A stretch of 64,000 bases of DNA, taken from an uncultured Nitrospiraceae bacterium. GTDB lineage: Bacteria; Nitrospirota; Nitrospiria; Nitrospirales; Nitrospiraceae. The stretch spans positions 480,001-544,000 of the forward strand of contig CAVSTP010000004.1 of NCBI GenBank assembly GCA_963730935.1. Reading direction: 5' to 3'. This document shows, piece by piece, positions 21,437-32,220 of the stretch. The stretch's first letter is position 1. Each line of letters starts with the position of its first letter. The position numbers and the translations under genes were made by a program. Under the pieces are notes generated by a model. The model was not told where the DNA came from. It made no database searches and saw only the letters and a list, made by a program, of their open reading frames with translations.

Positions 21437-24400
21437 GCAGCCGTGCACCGATCTCGGATCAGGACGCCCGTCGCGCGGCGGAAACCACGTTCGATCGAAA
21501 CGTCGTCGTCGTGGCCGGTGCCGGCACAGGAAAAACCACCCTGCTCGTGAACCGCCTGATCCACCTTCTCATGAGAGAACCCCAGCCGGTGGCGATTACC
21601 CATACCGTCGCATTGACGTATACCAATAAGGCAGCCACGGAGATGAAGGTCCGGCTTCGTGAACGGCTGACCGCCCTCAAGCGCGCGTCGACGGGGGACT
21701 TTCAAGCGTCCGATGGCGGAGCCATTGCCATGGACGAGGTGCGCACGCACTACAACCTCACAGCAGAGGACATCGCGACACGCGCCGAGGCGGCGCTGCG
21801 CGATCTGGAAAAGGCGCAAATCGGGACGGTCCACAGCTTCGCCGCCCATCTGCTGCGCCTCTTTCCGCTGGAGGCCGGTGTGGACCCCGCCTTCCGAGAG
21901 GATGACGGCCTCCGGTTCGACGAATCCTTCCAGCTCGCATGGGACGTCTGGATCGATCGTGAGCTCGGTCGCGAAGGCGTCCAGCACTCCCGCTGGCGAA
22001 CACTCTTGCAATCGACGACTCTGGAGCAGCTGCGTGGACTCGCCTATGCGCTGTGCAATGATCTCATCGATCTCGACGTGCTGTTCCGTCAGGTCGGTTC
22101 AGCACCCGACCAGGCCCTCACGGACTGGATCGGCAGCCTGCGTGACCGGGCGCAGACGTTGTTGGACTCCAACGACCGACCGACGCGGCGCAAGATCGAG
22201 CACATGCTGGCAGGAGCCGTTGCTCTCCTCACGCTCCTGAAAGACAAAGGGCCTCAATCCATCGATGAACTCGATCATTCCGCACGGGAATGGCTCGAAA
22301 AGGACCCGGGCCTGGCAATCAGCGATTGGAGCGCTCACGAGTTCACCCAAGCAGTTACAGTCGTGAAAATAGCGCAGCAAATGCTGATGCTTAACGATGC
22401 ATACTTCATCAATCTGTTGACCCTGATCAGCCCCCTTGTTACCTCTATCAGGTCTACCCTCGCGCGAACCGGGTGGATTTCATTCGACGGATTATTGGCC
22501 CGTGCCAGGAGGCTTCTTTGGGACCATCCGGACGTCAGGGAACGGATCAAGCGCGAGTATCGCGCCATCCTGATCGATGAGTTTCAGGACACGGATCCTG
22601 TCCAATACGAAATCCTCCTGGCTCTCGCCGAAGCGTCGGGGCGTGCATCCATGACCTGGCAAGCCATGGTGCTCGAACCAGGAAAGCTGTTCATCGTCGG
22701 TGATCCCAAGCAGTCGATCTATGCCTTTCGCCGGGCCGACATGGAAGCCTTCGATCGCGTGGTCGACAAGGTGCTTGCGGATGGGGGAACGCTGTACAGT
22801 CTGACCACCAACTTTCGAAGCGATGCAAGCATTCTTGGACCGGTTAATGACGTGTTCGACCGGCTCCTTCTCCGGCAACCGCTGGTCCAACCGGGCAATG
22901 TGCGTCTTCAAGGCGACGCTCGGCGAACGGGAAACCTTACCGAAACCGGCGTGATGATCCAAGTCACAGCACCGGCGGCAGGTGACGATCCCTTCGATGC
23001 AGCAGGGGCGGCCAGAGCGGAAGGAGAAGTGCTGGCCCGCTGGTTGCGCGAGGAGCTGCTCACTCGGCCCGGTGTCTCCGCCGGTCAGGTGGCATTCCTG
23101 TTTCGAAAATTGACGCAGGCCGACGGGTATCTGGACGCCCTTCGACGCTACAACATTCCCTACCTTATAGAAGGGGAGAAACATTACTATCGCCGCCAGG
23201 AAGTCATCGATCTCGTCAACATCCTTCGGGTGCTCGACCATCCGCATGATCACATCGCGCTTCTGGGAGTCCTGCGTTCGCCGCTCGGCAGCCTGACGGA
23301 TCGGGACATTTACGATCTTCGTGAGGCCGGCGGCTTCGGCGATCTGAACGAGAACACTGTCCACGCATGGTCCCATGCTCGAGCAGAGACGGTTCGACGT
23401 CTGTATCGTCGCCTGGGCTCGCTGCATCGTATGGTGACGGCACTTCCGCTGGATGAAGCCATTCAAGTGGTGTTCGATCAGTTCCCGCTGCTGGAGCTGG
23501 CGGCGGCCTCTCTGCACGGGGAGCAGGCCGTCGCCAATCTGCTCAAGGTCAAACAGACGGCCGCGTCGCTCGCCGATCGACCGCAGCTCACATTGAGCCG
23601 CTTTATCGAAGTGATGATGACCAGATTGGATGAGCAGCCGGATGAAGCGGAAAGTCCGCTGGCAGAGGATTCGTCCGACGCAGTGCAGATTTTGACGATT
23701 CACAAGGCCAAGGGTCTTGAGTTTCCCATCGTCGTGCTTCCGGGTCTTCACCAAGGCAGCGGACGGGACAAAGCAACGCCGACGGTGGTCTATGACTGGT
23801 CCACCGGCACCTATGGTCTTTCCGCAGGTTCGCATCAGACCCTCGGCTACCTGAGGGTGCAGGAGAAGCAGGTCGAACGGGAGAAAGCCGAGCGGCGCCG
23901 GGTCTTCTATGTGGGCATGACACGGGCGAAGGATCTCCTACTGCTCTCCGGCGGCCTGACCTCACGATCGGTCGGCGAAACGGTGCTTGAGTGGCTGAAC
24001 GAGATCGGCGAGGGAGAGATCGGGAATCCAGAGACGAAAACGGTAAAAATCGGATCAAGCGAAGTCGTGCATCGGGTCGTCCACGCACCGGAACGAAAAT
24101 GGCCCAGACGTGTGCCGGCAACGAGCGAGGACGGCCCCGCCGTCAATCCGGCGTCGCTTGCCCGATTGTGGGACGAACGGACGGCTCGATGGCAGACAGT
24201 GCGGGCCGGCACGTGGCATGTCACGCCGAGTTCCGTCAATGAGCGTCTCACGCTCAGCGACTTCGATTCCGCTCCTGGAGCCGGGGGACGCGACGTGAGC
24301 CGGCTCGTGGGAGTCATTGCACATCACATTCTCGAAGGATGGGACTTTGCCCGGCCACCCGACGAACTGCTGATGCGGATCGATCCCTCGCTTGAGCGGT

Positions 24401-24780
24401 TTCTCCCGCAAGAACTCAACGAGGTCCGATCGAAGGTCGCCGATTCGCTCACCGAGATTTTCACGACATTCAGCGCTTCCGAATCCTACGCCAGACTCAG
24501 TTCTGGCGCGATCTTGGGACGTGAGGTGCCCTTTGTCATGCCCTGGGGCGAACGGCAGGTCATGGAAGGAGTTATCGACGTGATCTACAGCCTTGACGGG
24601 AAGATCTGGATTGCGGACTATAAGACCGACCGGACTACGACATCCGAAGCGCCGGCGAGAGCCGAGTTGTATGCCCACCAGGCGGCAATCTATCGGGAAG
24701 CGGTGACCCGATGTCTAGGCCTGTCGCAGGCGTCCTTCCAATTTTTGTTTCTCCGAGCGGGCGTCAGCGTGGACCTGTGA
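21433..24780 (+). CDS. addA: AddA/UvrD-like helicase-nuclease subunit
   Basis: AGAGTGKT, DEFQD, VGDPKQSIY, TIHKAKGLEF, YVGMTRA; GVID..IADYKT; ATGA overlap with addB. Confidence 0.9.
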   Translation: MSSRAPISDQDARRAAETTFDRNVVVVAGAGTGKTTLLVNRLIHLLMREPQPVAITHTVALTYTNKAATEMKVRLRERLTALKRASTGDFQASDGGAIAMDEVRTHYNLTAEDIATRAEAALRDLEKAQIGTVHSFAAHLLRLFPLEAGVDPAFREDDGLRFDESFQLAWDVWIDRELGREGVQHSRWRTLLQSTTLEQLRGLAYALCNDLIDLDVLFRQVGSAPDQALTDWIGSLRDRAQTLLDSNDRPTRRKIEHMLAGAVALLTLLKDKGPQSIDELDHSAREWLEKDPGLAISDWSAHEFTQAVTVVKIAQQMLMLNDAYFINLLTLISPLVTSIRSTLARTGWISFDGLLARARRLLWDHPDVRERIKREYRAILIDEFQDTDPVQYEILLALAEASGRASMTWQAMVLEPGKLFIVGDPKQSIYAFRRADMEAFDRVVDKVLADGGTLYSLTTNFRSDASILGPVNDVFDRLLLRQPLVQPGNVRLQGDARRTGNLTETGVMIQVTAPAAGDDPFDAAGAARAEGEVLARWLREELLTRPGVSAGQVAFLFRKLTQADGYLDALRRYNIPYLIEGEKHYYRRQEVIDLVNILRVLDHPHDHIALLGVLRSPLGSLTDRDIYDLREAGGFGDLNENTVHAWSHARAETVRRLYRRLGSLHRMVTALPLDEAIQVVFDQFPLLELAAASLHGEQAVANLLKVKQTAASLADRPQLTLSRFIEVMMTRLDEQPDEAESPLAEDSSDAVQILTIHKAKGLEFPIVVLPGLHQGSGRDKATPTVVYDWSTGTYGLSAGSHQTLGYLRVQEKQVEREKAERRRVFYVGMTRAKDLLLLSGGLTSRSVGETVLEWLNEIGEGEIGNPETKTVKIGSSEVVHRVVHAPERKWPRRVPATSEDGPAVNPASLARLWDERTARWQTVRAGTWHVTPSSVNERLTLSDFDSAPGAGGRDVSRLVGVIAHHILEGWDFARPPDELLMRIDPSLERFLPQELNEVRSKVADSLTEIFTTFSASESYARLSSGAILGREVPFVMPWGERQVMEGVIDVIYSLDGKIWIADYKTDRTTTSEAPARAELYAHQAAIYREAVTRCLGLSQASFQFLFLRAGVSVDL

Positions 24781-24871
24781 GCGGACGTTTAACCGAATCG
24801 ATCATCCGGCGAAGGACGATCAATTACACCAACCAGCCAGTGGTGATCCGCCATCCTCAAAGGAGGTCGCG

Positions 24872-25282
24872 ATGCGCATCCTGTTGACGGTCATCTTCTG
24901 TGCCATCGCTCTGGGATGTTCCGGCAAGTCCGGCGCGCAGAGAAACGTCCTGTCGGCGCCCTTCGGCACGAAACCGGAGGCCGCCGCACAGGTGGAGAAG
25001 GGCAATACGCTGTTCGCCTCGAGTGATTTCGCAGGTGCTGAACAAGCATTCCGCCAGGCGATCGTTGCGGATGCCGGCTTGGCAGAAGCCCATTACAACC
25101 TGGCCCTGACGCTCGATCGGGCCGGCCGTAAAGACGAAGCCAAGAAACATTACATCGAGGCCGCGAATTTGGCGCCCGGCAACAAGGTCATTTGGGATTC
25201 TCCGCCCCTCCACCAAAGCGGTGGTCTGGACCACGAGATCGAAAAGAAATCGTATTTGGACCCAAGCCCCCGAGGATTCTAG
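24872..25282 (+). CDS. TPR lipoprotein
   Basis: Lipobox ALGC; AEAHYNLALTL TPR. Confidence 0.75.
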   Translation: MRILLTVIFCAIALGCSGKSGAQRNVLSAPFGTKPEAAAQVEKGNTLFASSDFAGAEQAFRQAIVADAGLAEAHYNLALTLDRAGRKDEAKKHYIEAANLAPGNKVIWDSPPLHQSGGLDHEIEKKSYLDPSPRGF

Positions 25283-25284
25283 CA

Positions 25285-25665
25285 ATGGGTCGAAGGCGGC
25301 GGGATTTCTCTCCGGAGGAGTTCGGCACGCTGGTCGAGCAAGCGCTTGCCGATCTACCCCCGGCGTACGCTCGACTCGCCCGAGACGTCTCGGTGGTCGT
25401 CGAAGAGGAACCTCCGCCTGAGGTGCTCGAAGACCTGGAACTGGAGTCGGCCGATGACCTGCTGGGTCTGTATCAGGGTCTCTCGCTGGCGCAAGAATCC
25501 TTTTTCCAAACCGGAGGGCAACAACCGCCGCGCATCGCGATCTATAGAGGCCCCATTCTACGGCTCTGCGAAACCGCGGATGACGTCAGACGGGAAGTCC
25601 TGGAAACGGTGGTGCATGAACTCGGACATCACGTCGGGCTCGGCGATGACGACATGCCCTATTGA
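25285..25665 (+). CDS. Minimal zincin-like metallopeptidase
   Basis: LLGLYQG, I.IYRGP, HELGHHVG. Confidence 0.85.
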   Translation: MGRRRRDFSPEEFGTLVEQALADLPPAYARLARDVSVVVEEEPPPEVLEDLELESADDLLGLYQGLSLAQESFFQTGGQQPPRIAIYRGPILRLCETADDVRREVLETVVHELGHHVGLGDDDMPY

Positions 25666-26489
25666 GGCTTGAGCGAGGGGTTCCGTCGCTGGGCGAGGGC
25701 CTGGCGTTGATACCCCAGGGTGAGCATGAAGACACCGATCACGATCATGGGCAACGACAGCAATTGTCCCATGGACAAGGACCCGAAAATAAATCCGATG
25801 TGCGCATCCGGCTCTCGAAACAATTCAACCACAATCCGACAGATGCCATAACCGGTCAAAAAACTCCAAAAAATCGTCCCCGGCGGGGTTGAGCGCCTCC
25901 CGATGAGCCAAAGCACTGTAAACAGCAAGATCCCTTCCAACCCAGCCTCATAGAGCTGCGATGGATGCCGGCAGGCGGGACCGCCGCCCGGAAACACCAT
26001 GCACCACGGCGCGTCGGTGGGCCGTCCATATAACTCGCCATTAATGAAATTGCCCAGGCGTCCGAAGCCCAATCCGATCGGGGTCACTGAAGCGGCAAGA
26101 TCAGCGATCGTATATATGGGAATCCCCTGGCGCTTGCCGAACCACACGAGCGACACGATGGTACCGAGCAATCCGCCGTGGAATGACATCCCGCCCTCCC
26201 ACACGGCGAAAAACTTCAATGGATGCTGTAGGTAATAGGAAAGATTGTAAAACAGGGTGTAACCCAGGCGCCCGCCGATGAACACACCCAACGCGGCCCA
26301 GACGACCATGTCGTAGATTTGGTCCTTCGAGATCGGCAATCCCTTCTCGCGGACCTTGCGTGTAATAAGGAAATAGGCCGTGGTCAGACCGATCAGATAC
26401 ATCAGTCCGTACCAGCGGAACTGCAAGGGGCCGAGTTCGAAAAAAACCGGATTGACGTGCGGGTAGGGGATGGCCTGAAGCCAACTCAT
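25659..26489 (-). CDS. lgt: Prolipoprotein diacylglyceryl transferase
   Basis: RWYGLMY, GGMSFHGG, GRLGNFINGELYGR, HPSQLYE. Confidence 0.97.
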   Translation of the reverse strand: MSWLQAIPYPHVNPVFFELGPLQFRWYGLMYLIGLTTAYFLITRKVREKGLPISKDQIYDMVVWAALGVFIGGRLGYTLFYNLSYYLQHPLKFFAVWEGGMSFHGGLLGTIVSLVWFGKRQGIPIYTIADLAASVTPIGLGFGRLGNFINGELYGRPTDAPWCMVFPGGGPACRHPSQLYEAGLEGILLFTVLWLIGRRSTPPGTIFWSFLTGYGICRIVVELFREPDAHIGFIFGSLSMGQLLSLPMIVIGVFMLTLGYQRQALAQRRNPSLKPQ

Positions 26490-26728
26490 TCTTGCCTCAT
26501 GTGGCACGCTGGCTGGATCATAAGTGACGTCTGCAGGCATTGCAAGCCTGCCCACATCCGACGATGTATTTCCAAAGCCGCTCTGAACGCTGCTTTCACC
26601 GGCTCTTCTGTTGGTTTTCTCGCACGACTGTGTTCCGGGCTGTGAGAAAAAGGTGACCGAATATTAATAGGTCTTAATCGGCGCAAGCCGCAACCGCCTG
26701 TTTTGCAGCGATGCCGGCCCTTTGGCAT

Positions 26729-26745
26729 CTGGCACACTTGATGCT
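26729..26745 (+). promoter_or_regulatory. Sigma54 -24/-12 promoter
   Basis: CTGGCACACTTGATGCT (GG-N10-GC) about 70 nt upstream of the YtxH-like gene. Confidence 0.65.
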
Positions 26746-26813
26746 GAAGCGATGACCAGGAACTTGAGGGGTTGGAATCAATCATCCACATCCGTTGCTC
26801 GAAGGAGGTTGTC

Positions 26814-27050
26814 ATGTCGAACGAAGGAAAACAGGTGGCTCGTTGGGCTGCACTCGTTGCGGGAAGCGCGGTGGTTGGAGCAGGAATCGGTCTGCTCTTC
26901 GCGCCTCAGACCGGAACGGAAACGCGCCGTGAAATCGCCCGGTACGCCAAGAAGGCGCAGGTCCAGGCCACTCGTTGGAGCCGTGCCGTACAGTCGGGGG
27001 TCAAGGAAGCAATGGATCGTACGAAGCGGCCCATGGTCGAAGCGGTCTAA
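26814..27050 (+). CDS. YtxH-like protein
   Basis: GAGIGLLFAPQTGTETR; AAGGAGG RBS. Confidence 0.85.
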   Translation: MSNEGKQVARWAALVAGSAVVGAGIGLLFAPQTGTETRREIARYAKKAQVQATRWSRAVQSGVKEAMDRTKRPMVEAV

Positions 27051-27298
27051 CGCTCTATTCCTCCGGCGTTCCGGCTGGGCCCACTCGGTGCCTGTACCCG
27101 GACGCATTCACCTTCGGCTGCCGCATTCAGTCTGTCGCCGAAACGGCTGCAGGCTGATTGCGCGCGTCGTGCGCCTTGACCGCCCCATACCCCGATGCTA
27201 GAGTCCCACTGCTTTCAGGCCATGCGTGGCGTGGCCGATATCTGCATGCTCCCTCCGCAACGACGACCGAACGCAGGATGATCCCGTCAGCCGGTCAT

Positions 27299-27387
27299 GC
27301 AGGAGTGGCGAAACTGGCATACGCACAGGACTTAAAATCCTGTGGCTCGAAAGAGCCGTACGGGTTCGACCCCCGTCTCCTGCACCA
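27299..27387 (+). tRNA. tRNA-Leu(TAA)
   Basis: Acceptor GCAGGAG/CTCCTGC; anticodon arm CAGGA-CTTAAAA-TCCTG; long variable arm; GTTCGA; encoded CCA. Confidence 0.97.
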
Positions 27388-27488
27388 CGATCCCGAACAG
27401 ACATGCGCTGCCGATAGGCCGCCGATGCGTCTTCCGCCTCGCTGTGTTGGGAACAGGCCAGCCCTCCGGCATCCTACTGGAGTAATGC

Positions 27489-27863
27489 TTAGGCTCTGAT
27501 GAGCAGATGATCGAGGTAGACCGGTTTGTCGGCAGGATTTGGATGGAGAGACTCAACATACCGCTGCAACCGTGCTCGTTCGTGCCGGTTCACGTGAATA
27601 ACTTCAACGGTGATCCAATGATTCTGAATCTGCCTGACCTCAGCCAAGCCAATGTGGATGCTGGCACCACCATCATCCAACCACAAACGAACCTTGACAA
27701 AATCGCCGGGTGCCAACTGGTCCGGGGCAGCGACCTCTGAGCTGGATTCATTGATTCTCAGCACGCAACCGTCTGCCTCGAGGTGCCGATGCACCCGAGC
27801 GAGCATGCAGTCGATCGACAGATTTGGAATGGCCCAACAGGCCTGTTGCTTACCTATCGCCAT
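27489..27863 (-). CDS. Hypothetical protein, PilZ-like barrel
   Basis: PGDFVKVRLWL...AEVR pattern; no RxxxR seen. Confidence 0.5.
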   Translation of the reverse strand: MAIGKQQACWAIPNLSIDCMLARVHRHLEADGCVLRINESSSEVAAPDQLAPGDFVKVRLWLDDGGASIHIGLAEVRQIQNHWITVEVIHVNRHERARLQRYVESLHPNPADKPVYLDHLLIRA

Positions 27864-27975
27864 AGGGTGAACCTAGAGTAGTGCGAAGAAGCCCTTGTTG
27901 GCTATCCCTCAAGAGGAGGGGAAAGCGGGTCTCCATGAAGCGGACATACGGTAGAAAAGGAGGGGACTGGTCACT

Positions 27976-28353
27976 ATGCACAGCAGTCGATTCTTGTTTC
28001 TAGGCGCGACGTTTGCGGGTCTAGCGGTCGCCGCCGGAGCCTTCGGCGCCCATATGCTCAGGCCGATTCTGGACGCCGCCATGCTGGGAGCCTTTGAAAC
28101 CGGGGCGCGCTACCAGATGTACCATGCCTTGGCATTGTGTCTGCTCGCCGGTATGGCCGAACGGAATCCGACACTTCGCGTGACAGCGGTGGGATGGCTC
28201 TTTGTGGCCGGCATGGTGCTGTTTTCGGGAAGTCTGTACCTGCTCGCGTTGAGCGGGGTCCGATGGGTGGGTGCCTTCACGCCGCTCGGCGGAGCGACCT
28301 TGATCACGGGTTGGGCGCTGTTGGCATGGACCGTGGCGAGACGCCGGTCTTAG
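27976..28353 (+). CDS. DUF423 membrane protein
   Basis: GAFGAH, YQMYH, LFSGSLY, TPLGG. Confidence 0.9.
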   Translation: MHSSRFLFLGATFAGLAVAAGAFGAHMLRPILDAAMLGAFETGARYQMYHALALCLLAGMAERNPTLRVTAVGWLFVAGMVLFSGSLYLLALSGVRWVGAFTPLGGATLITGWALLAWTVARRRS

Positions 28354-28354
28354 C

Positions 28355-29272
28355 TCACGGCGTGCAGGACGCCGTTCGTTTCCCGCTGACCGACCCCCAG
28401 CCGCCCTGGGAATTGACGAACGTCCCTTCGAGCCGTTGCCCTTCCTTGGAAAACAAGAGACTGTCCTCTTGGACCTTCCCGTCGCGTTCCCAACGGAGAT
28501 AGACCACATCGCCGAGGACGACGATTTCTGACAGACCGGGAAGCGGTGCGCCGTCCTTGCCTGGCGGAGGAAAGATGAGCGAGAGCTTTTGTTCCTCATG
28601 ATGCCGCTGATGGTTGTGAATCACCCATTGCCAGGTCCCACATAGACGCGCTTGGCCACGCGTGCCCCGCACGCGGTCTTTCCAGGTCTTGAGACGCCAC
28701 CATTCCTCCATCGCCTGCCGACCGGCCTCCTGCGCCAAATGGCCAACAGCCACGCCGACGACCGCGCTCGTGTCTCCGACATTCCACAGCTTGATGGCGT
28801 CGTTCAAGGAAGGGAACGGGCCGTTGGCCGTCAGCCACGCGACCTGGGAGGGCGCCACTACGACCTCCGCCCGGACCGACTTGCCTTCCAGAGACTGCAT
28901 CATCCGATCGGCAAGTCGCCATGCCACCAGGGAGGACACCAGCCGATGGGCGGAGGCGCTGATTTGCGGCACCATCAGCTCTTTGGCCAGCTTAGTCGAC
29001 ATGCCTTGAACCGCCAATGTGCCTGCAACGTCAGGCAGAGCTGCCGCGCGACCAATTGCGCGCACGAACACTTCGCGCGCCTCCTGATCGGAATCCACAC
29101 GAGACAGCCACTCCTGGTGTGCATCAGCGATCTTCGCCCACTCAGGCAAAGATTCCGCTGCCGGTTCATCTCCAACCGCAAAAGACTCGAGGGGACCGTC
29201 GGAGAGGATGAGGACAAAGGCCAGCGCAACAAGGATCACGCTGTGACCGGTCGATGTCAGGTGCATGAACAT
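28355..29272 (-). CDS. Exported hypothetical protein
   Basis: N-terminal hydrophobic segment; 305-aa ORF in an operon. Confidence 0.6.
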   Translation of the reverse strand: MFMHLTSTGHSVILVALAFVLILSDGPLESFAVGDEPAAESLPEWAKIADAHQEWLSRVDSDQEAREVFVRAIGRAAALPDVAGTLAVQGMSTKLAKELMVPQISASAHRLVSSLVAWRLADRMMQSLEGKSVRAEVVVAPSQVAWLTANGPFPSLNDAIKLWNVGDTSAVVGVAVGHLAQEAGRQAMEEWWRLKTWKDRVRGTRGQARLCGTWQWVIHNHQRHHEEQKLSLIFPPPGKDGAPLPGLSEIVVLGDVVYLRWERDGKVQEDSLLFSKEGQRLEGTFVNSQGGWGSVSGKRTASCTP

Positions 29273-29318
29273 GGATGGCGGGAGGTGAGAAGTCGCGTGC
29301 GCGACGAGGTGGTGTTCG

Positions 29319-30116
29319 TCAGGCGCCCTGCACGTGCTGTTTCAAAAAAAGCGCAGTGGCGGCCCATGCCTCGACTGCCGCTGCTTCACGGTAACTGTCC
29401 GGTCTCGACTCATTGCTGAATGCGTGCGGCGCACCCGCATAGGTCCGGATGTCGAGAACCTTCTTATCTTCCTCAGCCAGATGACGCAACCGCTCGATGT
29501 CCTGGGCCGAGACCCAGGAATCGTTGTCGGCATAATGATAGAGCACGGGACAGAGGATGTCTTTGAACGCAGTGTCCGGCCGTATCATCCGCCCATAATA
29601 GGAAACCGCTCCCTTTAGGCGCTTACGCTGACAGGCAAACTTCATCGCCAGCGTACCGCCCATGCCGAATCCCACCACGCCGTGAATGTTGCGCTTGATG
29701 AATTCCCTCGTATTCAGGAATTCGCAACATGAATTAATGTCTTGGAGCGCGAGTGACTCATCGAGTTTCCCCATCAGGGCCTCGGCCACCTCCGCGTTTC
29801 CCGTCACCATGCCCCCGATGCGGCCGTAGAGATTCGGGATGATGACCCCGTAGCCTTCACAAGCCAGGCGTGCGCCCAAGTCCTTGATCTGCGAATTCAG
29901 CCCCCACCATTCGTGCAAGAGCACGATGCCAGGATAGGGCCCCTTTTCTTGGGGCCAAAATTCGATGCACTCGACCTGAACGGTCTTAATGGGCCGGGTT
30001 CTGATGTAAGGATCCACCGATGCATCGGTGAGCGTCGGCAATGCGACGCCGCTCGGAAAGCGGCTCGTCCCTGTGCCGATCTGCTGCAAGGTAAAGGGAG
30101 CAGTCGTTGAGACCAT
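29319..30116 (-). CDS. Dienelactone hydrolase family protein
   Basis: HEWWGLN, GFGMGG (usual Cys nucleophile replaced by Gly), HAF.N. Confidence 0.85.
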   Translation of the reverse strand: MVSTTAPFTLQQIGTGTSRFPSGVALPTLTDASVDPYIRTRPIKTVQVECIEFWPQEKGPYPGIVLLHEWWGLNSQIKDLGARLACEGYGVIIPNLYGRIGGMVTGNAEVAEALMGKLDESLALQDINSCCEFLNTREFIKRNIHGVVGFGMGGTLAMKFACQRKRLKGAVSYYGRMIRPDTAFKDILCPVLYHYADNDSWVSAQDIERLRHLAEEDKKVLDIRTYAGAPHAFSNESRPDSYREAAAVEAWAATALFLKQHVQGA

Positions 30117-30250
30117 AAGACGTGATGTCCTTTGGATGCGACAATCTAGGCCAATTTGGCGGACTGCTCCGTACTATAGGGACCACTCTGTCGGCTTGTC
30201 AATGTAACCTGAACGGCGGTACTCTGCTTCAGAGCTTCAGACACATCTCC

Positions 30251-31258
30251 ATGCCTGCTCAACCGATGGACAACAGGTCATCCACACCACTCGGGATCGG
30301 CCTCGTCGGCGTTGGCCGGCACGGCAGCCGGTACGTCCAGCACCTGCTTCACGACCTGCCCGGAGCAACACTGACTGCGATCTGCCGCAGAAGGGGCAGC
30401 GGATCGTATCCAGGAACACAGGTTCCAGTGTTCGATGACTACCGCGCGATGATTGCGGATCCGCGCGTCCATGCGGTTGTCGTCGTGACGCCGCCCTCCC
30501 TCTGTCATCCCATTTGTCTGACCGCCGTCGAGGCGGGAAAAGCCATCCTCATTGAAAAGCCGTTGGCGCTCAATGGCCGCGACGCGCGGGCCATGGTGGC
30601 TGCGGCGGAGCAACGCCATGTACCGCTGATGACGGCTCAGACGATGCGATTTGATCCGACCATTATGCTGCTGCGTGAGCAGCTCCGCACGATCGGACCG
30701 CTCACATCCGCGTTGCTGGTCAGTCACATCGAGACCAAGGCGAATCTCATCGCGGGCACCAACGGACCCGTCGCGGTCGGCGCCCTCCTTGAAGTCGGCA
30801 TCCATTTGCTGGATCTGATCCGCTTCCTCACCGGAGAGGAAATTCTCGATGTGCAATGCACGGTGACGCCCGCGCCTCACACAGGGCCCGAGATCCAGGT
30901 CCACGCGAAGGTAAGAACGTCCGGCGACATTCGTTGCACGCTCGACGTCGCACGTGTGGAAACCGAGCGGCAAGGAAGAGCCGAATGGAGGGGGACGATG
31001 GGAGCCATCACGGCAGACTGGGTGGGACGGACGCTGACGAGGATAGCCAACGACGGCACGTCGCGAACATGGACGATCGAGGCACGTCCCACGATCCTCG
31101 CCACGCTGGAAGCCTTTGTCCAGGCGATCCGCACGGACACAGCGCCACCGATTAGCGGTCTCGACGGTTGCCTCGCCGTAGAGGCGGCCGATGCCTGCTA
31201 TCGTTCGGCGGCTCGAGGCGGCGCGGTCGTGAAATGCGAGCCGGACGCTGGCCGCTAG
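30251..31258 (+). CDS. Gfo/Idh/MocA oxidoreductase
   Basis: GLVGVG, IEKPLA, GALLEVGIHLLD. Confidence 0.9.
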   Translation: MPAQPMDNRSSTPLGIGLVGVGRHGSRYVQHLLHDLPGATLTAICRRRGSGSYPGTQVPVFDDYRAMIADPRVHAVVVVTPPSLCHPICLTAVEAGKAILIEKPLALNGRDARAMVAAAEQRHVPLMTAQTMRFDPTIMLLREQLRTIGPLTSALLVSHIETKANLIAGTNGPVAVGALLEVGIHLLDLIRFLTGEEILDVQCTVTPAPHTGPEIQVHAKVRTSGDIRCTLDVARVETERQGRAEWRGTMGAITADWVGRTLTRIANDGTSRTWTIEARPTILATLEAFVQAIRTDTAPPISGLDGCLAVEAADACYRSAARGGAVVKCEPDAGR

Positions 31259-31491
31259 GTGTCGGCGACGATGTGCGTATCCGTTTCTTCCACCCCTTCA
31301 ATCTGGTGAATCTTGGTGATCACCACGTCGGAGAGCGATCGTTCATCCTGCGTCGTGATGAATAAAAAGATGTCCGGCTGGCCGAAGCAGGAATGGACCT
31401 GTTCGACTCCGGCGAGTTTCTTCAACGACTGCAGGACGTCCTTCGTGCGGCCGGTCTTCACCTTGATAAGTATGTAGGCCTTCGTTGCCAT
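31255..31491 (-). CDS. Lrp/AsnC ligand-binding domain protein
   Basis: AYILIKV...I..IEGVEETDTHIV; AAAGGAG RBS. Confidence 0.85.
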   Translation of the reverse strand: MATKAYILIKVKTGRTKDVLQSLKKLAGVEQVHSCFGQPDIFLFITTQDERSLSDVVITKIHQIEGVEETDTHIVADT

Positions 31492-32056
31492 CGGGTCTCT
31501 CCTTTCGGTCGAAACGTTTTCCGCCAGGCATGTTGCGTCTGTGGTCGGCAAAAATTCGATGAATGTTGCGGCCCTGGCGGCTGAATGCGGATCGTGCCCT
31601 GGCGTAGAGGTCGCTCAACGACTCGAAATCCTCCCGCCGCATATTGACGCGTGTAAATGATCCGGCCAGTTGCGCTCGCGCTTGGAGGGAGAGTCCCGCG
31701 TAGTGGTCGCACACCGCCTCGAGCACCTCACTGGTCCACCCTGCCTTGCGGAACTCTGCGCCGATGTCCTCCGCTCGAGCGGCATACTTGGCATGGAGCG
31801 CCTCGTCCAGAAACTGACGCACCGTCGGATCCGTGCTTTTCATGAACAGCCCTTGGAACTGAATCACGATCTGAATGACCTTGTTCGCTTCGGGAGTTCC
31901 CTCGGGAGGAAGAATGCCGGCCTCTTGGAGTGTCGCCAACAAGGCCATGGAAGCCCCGACCGGTCCGGACGACGTGCGCCACTGCGATTGCACCGGTGCC
32001 GGCAAGACAACTCCGCAGAGCAAGAGGAGAGACAACCACAGACCCGCCCGCTGCAT
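31343..32056 (-). CDS. Secreted hypothetical protein (3' end overlaps the Lrp gene)
   Basis: Signal peptide MQRAGLWLSLLLL. Confidence 0.55.
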   Translation of the reverse strand: MQRAGLWLSLLLLCGVVLPAPVQSQWRTSSGPVGASMALLATLQEAGILPPEGTPEANKVIQIVIQFQGLFMKSTDPTVRQFLDEALHAKYAARAEDIGAEFRKAGWTSEVLEAVCDHYAGLSLQARAQLAGSFTRVNMRREDFESLSDLYARARSAFSRQGRNIHRIFADHRRNMPGGKRFDRKERPDGNEGLHTYQGEDRPHEGRPAVVEETRRSRTGPFLLRPAGHLFIHHDAG

Positions 32057-32220
32057 GGCGCGATTATACAGAAGGCAAGAGGAGGGCACCAGCTTACGAC
32101 CGGCGACCTCTCTGCTGCTCGAAATGAACGCATTTTCGCTATGTCTGGAGCCGTTTTTCTTGAATCACACCGCGCCGTCTTTCTATAATTCCTCGCCTCG
32201 ACGATCAAGAAGGAATTCTC

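Noticed and set aside
31343..31491. 149-bp same-strand overlap as a dual-coding region
   Set aside because: More simply a lost stop or an indel in the upstream gene; this assembly shows other probable indels.
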